From positions 256,001 through 320,000 of the forward strand of contig OY760175.1 in assembly GCA_963663165.1 (NCBI GenBank): 64,000 nt of DNA. The letters run 5' to 3'. The DNA is from an uncultured Desulfospira sp. (GTDB lineage: Bacteria; Desulfobacterota; Desulfobacteria; Desulfobacterales; Desulfobacteraceae). The notes beneath the pieces were generated by a model that was given only the letters and a program-made list of their open reading frames with translations, did no database searches and was not told where the DNA came from. A program made the translations under genes and the position numbers. The number at the start of each line of letters is the position of its first letter. The first letter of the stretch is position 1. Positions 1-9,541 of the stretch are shown in pieces.

Positions 1-2
1 TG

Positions 3-377
3 GAACAGGCCCGTATCCGGCTTTCTGGCGTGCCGGACATCAATCTTCGGCTAGGAGAGCTTGAAAATCTCCCCATGAGGGACCGGGAAGTGGATGCCGT
101 GATCATGAGCATGGTGTTGTTTCATATTTTTGAGCCGCCAAAGGCCATTGAAGAAGCGGCCCGGGTCCTTAAGCCTTCGGGCCGGTTTGTCCTGGCTGAT
201 TTTGAAAAACACGGCCGGGAAGAAATAAAAAAAATTATCGGCGGCGTCTGGCTGGGGTTTACCCGATCCAGTATTGAAGCCCAGCTGAAGTCATCAGGAT
301 TTAACCCATTGGACTATCAGCGGTTTAAGGTGTCCCATGACCTTCATATCAGCCTTTATACCGCCGATAAAATTTAA
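3..377 (+). CDS. Class I SAM-dependent methyltransferase, 5'-truncated by the window edge (probably the C-terminal domain of an ArsR-methyltransferase fusion)
   Basis: Frame is open from the window start (EQARIRLSGVPD...). Motifs GELENLPM..VDAVIMSMVLFH and ARVLKPSGRFVLADF are typical of Methyltransf_11, and WLGF is typical of ArsR-MTase fusions. Confidence 0.8.
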   Translation, partial: EQARIRLSGVPDINLRLGELENLPMRDREVDAVIMSMVLFHIFEPPKAIEEAARVLKPSGRFVLADFEKHGREEIKKIIGGVWLGFTRSSIEAQLKSSGFNPLDYQRFKVSHDLHISLYTADKI

Positions 378-399
378 CCCGGGATATAAAATCAAAAAC

Positions 400-469
400 C
401 AACAGCTAAAGGCTAAAGGCTATCAGCTATCAGCCAACAGCTAAAGGCTAACAGCCAACAGCTAACAAA
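400..469. repeat. Tandem heptamer array (YAWMRGC-type, about 10 units)
   Basis: CAACAGC TAAAGGC TAAAGGC TATCAGC TATCAGC CAACAGC TAAAGGC TAACAGC CAACAGC TAACAAA, ending just before the AAGGAG RBS of manC. Confidence 0.9.
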
Positions 470-481
470 CAAGGAGACCCC

Positions 482-1903
482 ATGATTATTCCTGTCATTC
501 TGGCCGGAGGGTCCGGCACCCGCCTGTGGCCCCTTTCCCGCGAATTGTTTCCCAAGCAGCTGATCGATCTCTACAACCAGGACACCATGATTCAAAATAC
601 AATCCTGCGCCTTGACGGCATAGAGGGCCTTGGCGCCCCCATGGTGATCTGCAATGAAGACCACCGGTTTATGACCGCTGAACAGCTGCGGCAGATTGAT
701 AAAGAGCCCATGGCCATTATCCTGGAGCCCGTGGGCCGCAATACAGCCCCGGCCATTGCCTTGGCCGCCCTTAAACTCCTTGAAGCCAATGAAGACCCCA
801 TCATGCTGGTGCTGCCGGCAGATCATGTTATTGAGAACGTAAACGCCTTTCACCAGGCCATCGCCACAGGCGAACGGCTGGCCGGGCAGGGGAACCTGAT
901 CACTTTTGGCATTGTGCCCTCAAGCCCTGAAACCGGTTACGGGTATATTCAAAAAGGGCAGGAAATTGACAGTGAATCCAACACCTGCAAGATCGCCCGG
1001 TTTGTGGAAAAGCCGGACCTTGAAACGGCAAAGGCGTATCTGGCCGCCAATGAGTACTGCTGGAATTCGGGCATGTTCATGTTTAAGGCCTCTACCATTG
1101 TTTCAGAATTGGAAGCATATGCGAAGGACATGCTCGAACTTTGCAAGAAGGCCGTGGCCGGCGGTAAAACCGACCTGGATTTTCTCAGGATAGACCCGGC
1201 GGTGTTTGAGCAGATTGCCCCGGACTCCATTGACTATGCCGTAATGGAAAAAACCCAACACGGCGCCATGATTCCCCTGGATGCCGGGTGGAATGACCTG
1301 GGCTCTTTTGACGCCCTGTGGCAGACCGGAAAGCAGAATGATGACGCCAATGTCCTGGACGGCGATGTTATCTGCCATGATGTTAAAAATTCATTTATCC
1401 ATTCCGGGTCCCGGCTGGTTGCTGCGGTGGGGCTTGACGGGTTTGTCATTGTGGAAACCAAAGACTCGGTGCTGGTGTCTCCAAGGGACCGGGTTCAGGA
1501 TGTCAAAAAAATCGTTAACCGGTTAAAAGAACTCAACCGTGAGGAATCCGTCTGCCACCCGAGGGTCTACCGCCCCTGGGGGGATTATGAAACCATTGAT
1601 ATGGCGGACCGGTATCAGGTCAAGCGGATCACTGTAAAACCCGGGGCCAAGCTGTCTTTGCAGAAACACTTTCACCGGGCCGAGCACTGGACCGTGGTGT
1701 CAGGCACCGCCATCGTTACCCGCGGCAAAGAAGAAATTCTGTTAAAAGAGGATGAATCCACCTATATCCCCTTGGGAACCCTGCACCGGCTTGAAAATCC
1801 GGGCAAGATCCCCTTAGAACTCATTGAGGTCCAGTCCGGGGCGTATCTTGGCGAGGATGATATTGTCCGGTTTGATGATGTTTACGGTCGGCAGGCGGAT
1901 TGA
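482..1903 (+). CDS. manC: Mannose-1-phosphate guanylyltransferase / mannose-6-phosphate isomerase
   Basis: VILAGGSGTRLWPLSR, EPVGRNTAPA, ETGYGYI, FVEKP, SIDYAVME, and a C-terminal cupin (RPWG, SLQKHFHRAEHW). Confidence 0.97.
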   Translation: MIIPVILAGGSGTRLWPLSRELFPKQLIDLYNQDTMIQNTILRLDGIEGLGAPMVICNEDHRFMTAEQLRQIDKEPMAIILEPVGRNTAPAIALAALKLLEANEDPIMLVLPADHVIENVNAFHQAIATGERLAGQGNLITFGIVPSSPETGYGYIQKGQEIDSESNTCKIARFVEKPDLETAKAYLAANEYCWNSGMFMFKASTIVSELEAYAKDMLELCKKAVAGGKTDLDFLRIDPAVFEQIAPDSIDYAVMEKTQHGAMIPLDAGWNDLGSFDALWQTGKQNDDANVLDGDVICHDVKNSFIHSGSRLVAAVGLDGFVIVETKDSVLVSPRDRVQDVKKIVNRLKELNREESVCHPRVYRPWGDYETIDMADRYQVKRITVKPGAKLSLQKHFHRAEHWTVVSGTAIVTRGKEEILLKEDESTYIPLGTLHRLENPGKIPLELIEVQSGAYLGEDDIVRFDDVYGRQAD

Positions 1904-2016
1904 TGAGCCATTAAAAAACTGTTGCAAAACCGTTGAAAATATTTAAAACTACCCCTTTAACAATCACATTGCCGGGCAAACGCTGCCCATATCAAGCGTA
2001 ACTGTGGAGCATATGT

Positions 2017-2547
2017 ATGAATGAATCCCTTTTTCCGAGCATGAAGGGCAAATTTCTTTTGGCCATGCCCGGACTGCCTGATCCCAATTTTGCGCAGACA
2101 GTGACATGCATGTGTGAACACAACGATTCCGGGGCCCTCGGATTTATTGTCAACAAAGTCCATCCCCTGCTCACGGGGCGGGAACTGTTTGAAGACCTTG
2201 AGATCGAATTTAACGAAAGTGTGGACAAACTTGATATCTTTCTGGGCGGCCCGGTTCAGCCTTCCGGCGTCTTTATTCTTCACGGCCCGCCCTTTAAATG
2301 GAACGAAACCCTCAAGGTCAGCGACTGGCTGGCCTTGAGCAATTCCAGGGACATTCTTGAGGCTATTGCTGTCGGAAAAGGCCCAGATTTTTTTATGATC
2401 ATGCTCGGATGCGCCGGATGGGGCCCCCTGCAACTGGATAATGAGCTTCAGGATAATGCGTGGTTAACCTGTGACGCCACCCGGGAGATCATGTTTGACA
2501 CCCGGACGGACCACCGGTACGAGAAAGCCATGATGCTGATCTACTGA
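2017..2547 (+). CDS. YqgE/AlgH family protein (DUF179)
   Basis: LLAMPGLPDPNF, GALGFIVNK, GGPV, GCAGWGPLQLDNEL..NAWL. Confidence 0.93.
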   Translation: MNESLFPSMKGKFLLAMPGLPDPNFAQTVTCMCEHNDSGALGFIVNKVHPLLTGRELFEDLEIEFNESVDKLDIFLGGPVQPSGVFILHGPPFKWNETLKVSDWLALSNSRDILEAIAVGKGPDFFMIMLGCAGWGPLQLDNELQDNAWLTCDATREIMFDTRTDHRYEKAMMLIY

Positions 2548-2565
2548 CACTTTATCTAAGCGCCT

Positions 2566-4875
2566 ATGACAGCCAACGACTCCCCGATTCAATCCATTAA
2601 ACATTCAATTTCACAGCTGCTGACCGTTATGGACATGATGGAACAGGTGCCGGGGCTGTCTGATCCGGGGCTTTCTACCTTTAAAAGCCAGTGTGAAACC
2701 ATTCCCGGCCTGCTGAACTCGGGAAAGATCAAGGTCGCGGTGGTGGGGGTCATCAAGTCAGGAAAATCCACCTTTATCAATGCCCTGGCCGGAAAAGAGC
2801 TGGTTAAAAGAGGGGCGGGCGTTGTCACCTCTATTACCACACGGATCACCAAAGGCAAGAAAAACCGGGCCGTCATCACCCTTAAATCCTGGGATGAGAT
2901 CAACGCCGTTCTATCAAAAGCCCTTGAGATGTTTCCTGAGAAAATTCCTTCACCGGCACCGTCGAACACCGGCATGCCCCATCCCAAAGATTTTGAAACA
3001 GATTATGGGGATGGCGGCTTAGATATCCGGCGAAGTTCAGACCGGCAGTTTCTAAGACAGGTCTACGATAAGATAGTGCAGGATTTTCCCATTACCGACC
3101 AGGGAATCCGGCCTGAAGCCCTGGTATTGAAAAACGCCCTTGAAGGGTATGAATTTTTAAAGGATAAAACCGGTGCCGACCCGGTCTGTCTTGAGTTTTC
3201 AGGCAAAGATTTTGAGTTTCACCAGGGGTTTACAGGGGATCCGGCCAGGGCCTTTTACGTGAAAGATGTCTGCCTGGAGATCTTTGGCAAAATCATTGAG
3301 CCCAACATTGAATTGGCCGATTGCCAGGGGGCGGACTCCACAGATCCCGGGCAGCTGTCACAGATCCTGAGGTATATTGAATCAGCCAATTTTATCGTAT
3401 ATTGCATCAGCTCAAGAAACGGGCTAAGACAGGCGGATATGGAGTTTCTAAGGCTGATCAAGAAACTCGGGCTGCTTGAAAATATCTTGTTCCTCAACAA
3501 CTGCGACCTTTCCGAACACGAGAACCTTGCCGATCTTAAGGCCATTGAGTCAAAGATTTTAAATGAGTTACGTTTTTTTCTGCCCCATCCCCGGCTGTAT
3601 TCTTTTTCTGCCCTGTATGACCTGTTCGCTGCCATGGAACAACGGCTTACCCCAAAAAACCGGCTCAGGTTTGACGCATGGCAGGGTGAGGATCAGATGG
3701 TTTCATTTTGCAGCGAAAACAGCCAAAAATTTCGTGAGCAATTCAATAAGGCGCTGGCCGGGCAGCATTTTTACCTGGTGTTTGCAAGCCACAGGTCCCG
3801 GCTGTTGTCCATGGCCGGGGCAATGGACAAGACGGCCGGCATGGCCCTGCAGATGGTCCGGGCCAAGGCGCCGGATCAGGATAAGGCAAGGCAGCGCGTG
3901 ACCCGGATCAGGGAAGATGGGCTGCGCTTGAGAACCATTGCCGACAATTCCGTTGAAGGGGCCGTGGCAGGCCTTGAAAACCAGATCAGGGCAGACCTTG
4001 GAAATATTTTTTTCAAGGACGCCATGAACATCAGAAAAAAGACCCGGGACTTTATCCGGATGACCCCCATTGACCCTTCCCCTTACCGGCATTTGCTTCG
4101 GGAATCGGGGTTCCGGCATATTCTTTATCTCATGTTTCAGGATTTTAAACGGAAGCTGGATCTGTTTGCCGTTGCCAATATCCTGCCGGATATTAAAAAA
4201 ATGGTTCAGGAACAGGAAAAAAGGGTGGAAACTTACTTTCAATCCCTGCTGGATTCCTATAAAATTGATCTGCTCAAAGGCAAACAAATTCTGGATCAGG
4301 GCCCGGTGCCTGTCAATACCGTGGCCCCGCAGAACAATGCCCCCCATGGGAACACCGTTGGGGACCGCGAAACCGAAAAGGCCTCAGGTGAAGCTGAAAC
4401 CATTGATATGGCAACGATTAAGAAAATTTTAGGCCTGGAACTGCCCGAGACCTTGTTTTCCCCGGTGTATACCCCTAAGGTTAAGGCAGGGGCCATGACC
4501 GGCCTAGGCATTCAAAGTGTTTTGATGCTGGTGGCATCGTTTTTAAACAAAAATACCACCTTTTCATTTACGCCGGGATTTAACCGGGCCGCCGCCGTCA
4601 TCAAAAAAGAAAGCCAGAACCTGGTTGGGCAGCAGATTGAGCAGTACTACCACGTTCTTTTAAACCAGTATTTCATTCCGTTGATTCAGGCCGCTACCCG
4701 GGATTTCAAGGAGAAGATCCATGACCGGTTTTCCCTTTACGATTCGCTGAAAGAGGACATGGACCGGATTCTTGCCCTGCATGAAACGGAAAAAGAAAGA
4801 CAGGAGGAAAACATTCTGGCCATCAGGGCAACCCTTGCCTCAGTCACCCAGACCCTGGAAGCCATGGGGAGTTGA
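2566..4875 (+). CDS. Bacterial dynamin-like GTPase
   Basis: G1 VVGVIKSGKSTFINAL, G2 GVVTS, G3 LADCQG, G4-like NNCD; long helical C-terminus with a hydrophobic patch (GLGIQSVLMLVASFL). Confidence 0.8.
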   Translation: MTANDSPIQSIKHSISQLLTVMDMMEQVPGLSDPGLSTFKSQCETIPGLLNSGKIKVAVVGVIKSGKSTFINALAGKELVKRGAGVVTSITTRITKGKKNRAVITLKSWDEINAVLSKALEMFPEKIPSPAPSNTGMPHPKDFETDYGDGGLDIRRSSDRQFLRQVYDKIVQDFPITDQGIRPEALVLKNALEGYEFLKDKTGADPVCLEFSGKDFEFHQGFTGDPARAFYVKDVCLEIFGKIIEPNIELADCQGADSTDPGQLSQILRYIESANFIVYCISSRNGLRQADMEFLRLIKKLGLLENILFLNNCDLSEHENLADLKAIESKILNELRFFLPHPRLYSFSALYDLFAAMEQRLTPKNRLRFDAWQGEDQMVSFCSENSQKFREQFNKALAGQHFYLVFASHRSRLLSMAGAMDKTAGMALQMVRAKAPDQDKARQRVTRIREDGLRLRTIADNSVEGAVAGLENQIRADLGNIFFKDAMNIRKKTRDFIRMTPIDPSPYRHLLRESGFRHILYLMFQDFKRKLDLFAVANILPDIKKMVQEQEKRVETYFQSLLDSYKIDLLKGKQILDQGPVPVNTVAPQNNAPHGNTVGDRETEKASGEAETIDMATIKKILGLELPETLFSPVYTPKVKAGAMTGLGIQSVLMLVASFLNKNTTFSFTPGFNRAAAVIKKESQNLVGQQIEQYYHVLLNQYFIPLIQAATRDFKEKIHDRFSLYDSLKEDMDRILALHETEKERQEENILAIRATLASVTQTLEAMGS

Positions 4876-4880
4876 TCCGA

Positions 4881-5699
4881 ATGATCAAAAAAATAATGTC
4901 CGGCGGCCAGACCGGGGCAGACCGTGCCGCTCTGGATGTGGCCATGAAATATGATATTCCCCATGGCGGCTGGATTCCCCGGGGAAGGAAAACGGAGGCC
5001 GGCCCCCTGTCCCTGCGTTATAAGCTCAAAGAGACCCCGGGCGGGGATTACCCCTCAAGAACCCGGCAGAACATCATGGATTCAGACGGGACCGTGATCA
5101 TTTCCCGAGGTCCTCTGACCGGCGGCTCTCTGCTGACCCGGACCTTTGCCCGGACAGGCAAAAAGCCCAACTGCCACATTGACCTTTCCTGTGGCGAGGC
5201 CTTTGAAGCCTCCATGATCATTCAGTCCTTTATCCTGGACAACGGAATACAAGCCCTCAATGTGGCAGGGCCCAGGGCCAGCCATGACCCGGGCATTTAT
5301 CATGACGTCAAAACCATCCTGGAAGCCGTGATCTATCTGCTGTTTTTGGAAAACGGCAGGGAGAAGGCGGTGTTGCAGGACCTGCCCGGAAAGGTGCCTG
5401 AGGCGGCGTTCCCTGAGAGTGCGCAAGGGGCTGCAGCCTTGTTGTTTAATGACCTCAGCCTTCGGATCAGGGCCGGCATGGCCCGGTCCAAAGATCTGCG
5501 GCTCATGGATATTTACTTTGTATGGATGGAGTATGTCCGCCAACGGGTGGGACTGGATGCGGGAAATGCCCCCCTCCTGGCCGCCTGCAAACCCTATGAT
5601 GACCTGGCATTTTTCTGTGCTGAAGACGCTGTCATGGAGATATTAAAAGTATTGTACGCCATGCTTAAAAAAACGTGTTGCCTCAGGATCGTTGAATGA
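4881..5699 (+). CDS. SLOG-superfamily 'putative molybdenum carrier' protein with C-terminal extension
   Basis: ISGGQTGADRAALD-like motif, HGGWIPRGR, RTRQNIMDSDGT and LNVAGPRAS. Confidence 0.88.
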   Translation: MIKKIMSGGQTGADRAALDVAMKYDIPHGGWIPRGRKTEAGPLSLRYKLKETPGGDYPSRTRQNIMDSDGTVIISRGPLTGGSLLTRTFARTGKKPNCHIDLSCGEAFEASMIIQSFILDNGIQALNVAGPRASHDPGIYHDVKTILEAVIYLLFLENGREKAVLQDLPGKVPEAAFPESAQGAAALLFNDLSLRIRAGMARSKDLRLMDIYFVWMEYVRQRVGLDAGNAPLLAACKPYDDLAFFCAEDAVMEILKVLYAMLKKTCCLRIVE

Positions 5700-6673
5700 T
5701 CCCCATTCGAGACAGCCAGCCGTCCCATATGAGGCCTGTGGCCACCTACGCCCTGATGGCCCTGAACCTGTTGTTTTTCATGGTTCAGCTTCAGGCAGGG
5801 CTTGGCAACCAGGCTTATTTTTATCTGTTTGGCCTGGTGCCTGCCAAATATACGGTTCCTGATGTGTCCGCCCATTTCTCCCTGGCCAACCATTTTATCT
5901 CTCTTTTTACCTATATGTTTCTTCATGGCGGGTTCTGGCACTTTTTAGGGAACATGTGGACCCTGTACATCTTTGGCGATAATGTGGAGGCCCATTTCGG
6001 ATCTTTGCGGTATCTGACATTTTATTTGATTTGCGGCACCATTTCCGGATTGTCCCACTGCCTGCTCAATCCGGTTTCAACGGTTCCCACTATCGGAGCT
6101 TCCGGCGCTATTGCCGGGGTTATGGGCGCTTATTTCCTGTTATACCCAAAATCCAAAATATTGACCCTGATTCCCATTTTCATCATTATTCCCTTATTCA
6201 TCCAGGTGCCGGCCTTTATTTTCTTAGGGGTCTGGTTTTTGATCCAGTTTTTAAATGCCGCCGGCTCGGGCGCCGGTGCCGGGATCGCCTGGTGGGCACA
6301 TATCGGCGGCTTTCTTGCCGGCATGGCCTTTGTCAAACTCCATGAACGGCTGCCCAAAACCGGGGTGGGTGAAAAATTACGGCAGATGAACTTAAAGAAA
6401 CACACGCCCAAGCTTCAGGTGATCTCCCCTGAATCTCTGGATCAGGGGCCTGACCTTTACGGGACCATTGAGCTGAACTCCCTGGAGGCTTTGGGAGGGG
6501 CACGGAAAATGATTACCATTCCCTGGGGCGGTCACAAACCCCTTTACAAGGTCACCATTCCAGCGGGCATCCGCCAGGGAACCAAGCTTAAACTTGCGGG
6601 CATGGGCCGGTCCCTGCCCGGCAGGCCCAAAGGAGATTTATTCCTTACGGTTCAAATTAAAAATGTCTTTTAA
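5696..6673 (+). CDS. Rhomboid intramembrane serine protease fused to a C-terminal DnaJ_C-like domain
   Basis: MFLHGG..H..GNM, catalytic GASG and WWAHIGG; tail DLYGTIELNSLEAL..VTIPAGIRQGTKLKLAGMG..GDLFL resembles DnaJ_C. Confidence 0.9.
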   Translation: MIPIRDSQPSHMRPVATYALMALNLLFFMVQLQAGLGNQAYFYLFGLVPAKYTVPDVSAHFSLANHFISLFTYMFLHGGFWHFLGNMWTLYIFGDNVEAHFGSLRYLTFYLICGTISGLSHCLLNPVSTVPTIGASGAIAGVMGAYFLLYPKSKILTLIPIFIIIPLFIQVPAFIFLGVWFLIQFLNAAGSGAGAGIAWWAHIGGFLAGMAFVKLHERLPKTGVGEKLRQMNLKKHTPKLQVISPESLDQGPDLYGTIELNSLEALGGARKMITIPWGGHKPLYKVTIPAGIRQGTKLKLAGMGRSLPGRPKGDLFLTVQIKNVF

Positions 6674-9323
6674 AACCGTCATGAAAGTGCTTGTCCTGGT
6701 GGCCCTTGCCGGCGCGGCCGGGCTTGCCCTCCTTGCCGCCAACCTTTCTGTTGTGGCCCAGAAAGCGGTTCATGCCAAATTCGATGCCCTGATTCAGGAC
6801 CTGGACCTTGATTTTCAGATTTCTCATATCGGCCTGAACCACGGACTGGTATTGGATGTAAGATATGGCAAAGGGGGGGGGGCCGAAAAGGTTTTTGTTG
6901 ACTGGGTATTTAAAAAGACCGGGCCCCGGTCTTTCAAAGTTTCCCCCCGGACATTGTCTGTTTCAGGCCTTTCCATTAACCTTGTTATGGATGAAACCGG
7001 CAGGGTATATCTTCAAGGAAAAGGGCCGCCCAAAGCAGATACCGGCCCGCCCGCCACAGCCGTGATCCAACAGATACGGCCCTTTTTCCCCGAAACCGTA
7101 ACCGTCTCCCAATCTAAGCTTATTCTTCACCTTCAAAATCGCGATATCATCCTTCCCTTTGATGTTGCCATCTGCCTTAACCGGGAAGAAAACAGAGCCG
7201 ACTGCCGGATTCATCTGTTTCCCGCCGGTGACTGCTTTGAAGTGACCATGGTGGCGGATTTGTCCTGTCTGGATCAGGTTTTTGAAAATCCCTTAAGCCT
7301 TGTGCAGGATTTGAAATTTTCCGGAACCCAAATCCATCCCGGGGCACTGGCAGGACTTTTTGGGGTTGATTTTCCCGGATTTTCAGGCCCCTGTGATGTT
7401 GCTGTGAATCAAAAGGGAAAGAACGGGGCACAGGTTCGCCTTTCCCGGCTTGATCTTGTCTATCCTGTTGAAGTTAAGATAACAAATTTTACGGCCGACC
7501 TTGGATTCACCCCCCGGGGCCTGGCCGTGGATACACGGTTTGAGATGGCCTGTTCTCAAATTCAACCGGCCGGCATTCAATTGTCGGCCGACCAGGATAC
7601 AGCGCCTTTGATCCTGCCGGTATCCGGAAGGATCAGTCTGAACCGGGCAGGGCAGGGGGGGGATGACTGGGCGGTTAAGCTGGACGCCCAGACCTTGCCC
7701 GTAAAGGCGGTTGCCCTTGCCATGGGAAAAGACCGGCTTTCCATCCAGAACCCGTTCATGGCCGTGGACCTGAAAGGCGATATGAAAACCCTTGGCGGAA
7801 AAGTGCTCATCCGTTCAGATCAGGTCCGGGTGAACCACCCGTTGATTACTCTGGATGCCCGGTCCTTTGAGTTGGATTCGACCCTTGAGGCGGATTTGGC
7901 CCGCTCCGGAGAGAATAATGAAAATACCTGGGAAGCCACGGTGGCGTTTACATCTAAAATGTCCGGGATAACGGCAGCGGGGAACGGCGTCAAAGGATCT
8001 ATAAAGGCCCTTGAAAAACAGGGAAAAGTGTATCTGGCCAGGGCAAAACCTGCCCGACTCAATGTCCGGACACGCCTGGTCAACGGCAAAGCCGCCCTTG
8101 CGGATGCCGGGGGAGACTTAAGCGGGATATTTGTCGATCTGTCCTATGCTAATCCGTTCGACGGCCGACAGGCCAAAGAAGGCCGATATGCCATTTCCCG
8201 GATTCAAACCGGGAGCCTGCCCGGGGTAACCGTTTCCGGCCACCTGATTCAAACCGGCCCCATGGGGGTGAAATTCAGTGGCAAAGCCGGCAGTAAAGCG
8301 TTTGAACCTCTTGATGTGACCTTCTCGGGCATGGCAGATCTGGAAAATAAGGTGTTGGCAAAGGTTCATGCCTTTTTCAGCCAGACCCGGCTGACCTCGG
8401 ACCAGGTGGGGCCCCTGTTTCCTGGGCTTGCCCGAGCCGGAACCTTTGAACTTGATATGTCAGGCGATGCCGAGGCGGTGTATGACGGCACGGCCGTCAA
8501 AACCCGGGCCGGACTTGAGATCCACCAGGGCCATATGGTGCTGGGCGAAACCGGGATAAAGGTGGACGGAATTAAAGGCACCATAGCGTTTAACGACCTG
8601 GTGTGCCCCGAGTCCCTGCCCGGACAGATCCTGACCATTGACACCATTGAGTCGGGAAAGGTTAAATTTTCAGACATCCGGGCAAGGTTCAGCATTGAAG
8701 ACGGTGCCTTCTTGAATCTTGAAAATTTAAAGGCCGGCTGGTGCAGCGGGCTGATCTCAACTGAAGCCGCAAGGTTCCCCGACAAAGACATGCGCCATAC
8801 CTTGATTCTTTACTGTGACCGGCTCAAGCTTTCCGGACTTTTGGAGCAGATGGGCTCATTTGAGGCGGAGGGCACCGGGACATTAAGCGGCCGCATTCCG
8901 GTGGTGATTTCTCAAGACGGCATTGCTTTTGAAAACGGATTTTTGTTTTCCACCCCCGGAACCGGGGGCAGGATAAAGATCGTGAATACCCAGGGGCTTT
9001 TGGCCGGTATCCCCATGGGAACACCCCAGTTCGGCCAGCTGGACCTGGCCGCCGAAGCCCTCAAAGAATTTGATTATGACTGGGCCAAGCTCAAACTCAA
9101 TACCCATGAAGATACCCTCTCAGCCAATCTTGAACTTTACGGCAAGCCGGCAAAGGTGCTTCCCTTTGAGTATAAAAAAGAAATCGGCTCTTTTATCCGG
9201 GTGGGGGCGAAGAGTCCCGGATCCCGTTTCCAGGGGATACAGCTGGACGTTAATTTAAAACTGCCCTTTAATAAAATGGTGAAATTTGGTAATCAGTTGA
9301 TAAATCTATTTGAAGATAAATAA
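6663..9323 (+). CDS. ydbH: YdbH-like AsmA-superfamily intermembrane bridge protein
   Basis: N-terminal TM anchor, long beta-rich body, C-terminal GTLSGRIPV / LAAEALKEFDY motifs, and synteny with ynbE- and ydbL-like genes. Start set at ATG 6663. Confidence 0.8.
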   Translation: MSFKTVMKVLVLVALAGAAGLALLAANLSVVAQKAVHAKFDALIQDLDLDFQISHIGLNHGLVLDVRYGKGGGAEKVFVDWVFKKTGPRSFKVSPRTLSVSGLSINLVMDETGRVYLQGKGPPKADTGPPATAVIQQIRPFFPETVTVSQSKLILHLQNRDIILPFDVAICLNREENRADCRIHLFPAGDCFEVTMVADLSCLDQVFENPLSLVQDLKFSGTQIHPGALAGLFGVDFPGFSGPCDVAVNQKGKNGAQVRLSRLDLVYPVEVKITNFTADLGFTPRGLAVDTRFEMACSQIQPAGIQLSADQDTAPLILPVSGRISLNRAGQGGDDWAVKLDAQTLPVKAVALAMGKDRLSIQNPFMAVDLKGDMKTLGGKVLIRSDQVRVNHPLITLDARSFELDSTLEADLARSGENNENTWEATVAFTSKMSGITAAGNGVKGSIKALEKQGKVYLARAKPARLNVRTRLVNGKAALADAGGDLSGIFVDLSYANPFDGRQAKEGRYAISRIQTGSLPGVTVSGHLIQTGPMGVKFSGKAGSKAFEPLDVTFSGMADLENKVLAKVHAFFSQTRLTSDQVGPLFPGLARAGTFELDMSGDAEAVYDGTAVKTRAGLEIHQGHMVLGETGIKVDGIKGTIAFNDLVCPESLPGQILTIDTIESGKVKFSDIRARFSIEDGAFLNLENLKAGWCSGLISTEAARFPDKDMRHTLILYCDRLKLSGLLEQMGSFEAEGTGTLSGRIPVVISQDGIAFENGFLFSTPGTGGRIKIVNTQGLLAGIPMGTPQFGQLDLAAEALKEFDYDWAKLKLNTHEDTLSANLELYGKPAKVLPFEYKKEIGSFIRVGAKSPGSRFQGIQLDVNLKLPFNKMVKFGNQLINLFEDK
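6873..6882 (+). repeat. G10 homopolymer inside the ydbH coding sequence
   Basis: AAA GGG GGG GGG GCC; the longest G/C run noticed in the window. Confidence 0.85.
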
Positions 9324-9335
9324 GGGGTTTGGGCG

Positions 9336-9533
9336 ATGAAAAAAACGATTGTTCTTTTATTTGCAGCCTTTTTGATGCTCCAGGGATGCCAGTCCAGCCA
9401 TGAGGTGGAAGTCAAGCCCGTGGAAATCAAGCCCATTCATATCACCATTGACGTGAATGTCAAAGTGGACCGGGCGCTGGATGATTTTTTTGATGATGTC
9501 TATGCCGATGACACTGAAACGCAAAGCAAGTAG
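9336..9533 (+). CDS. ynbE: YnbE-like lipoprotein
   Basis: Lipobox LQGC followed by KPIHITIDVNVKVDRALDDFF. Confidence 0.85.
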   Translation: MKKTIVLLFAAFLMLQGCQSSHEVEVKPVEIKPIHITIDVNVKVDRALDDFFDDVYADDTETQSK

Positions 9534-9541
9534 GAGGGGCC

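Noticed and set aside
413..853. 146-aa minus-strand ORF whose end (CWLLAFSCWLIADSL) crosses the heptamer array
   Set aside because: Antisense shadow of manC; the periodic tail is just the translated heptamer repeat. The many other short ORFs antisense to or overlapping clear genes were dismissed likewise.
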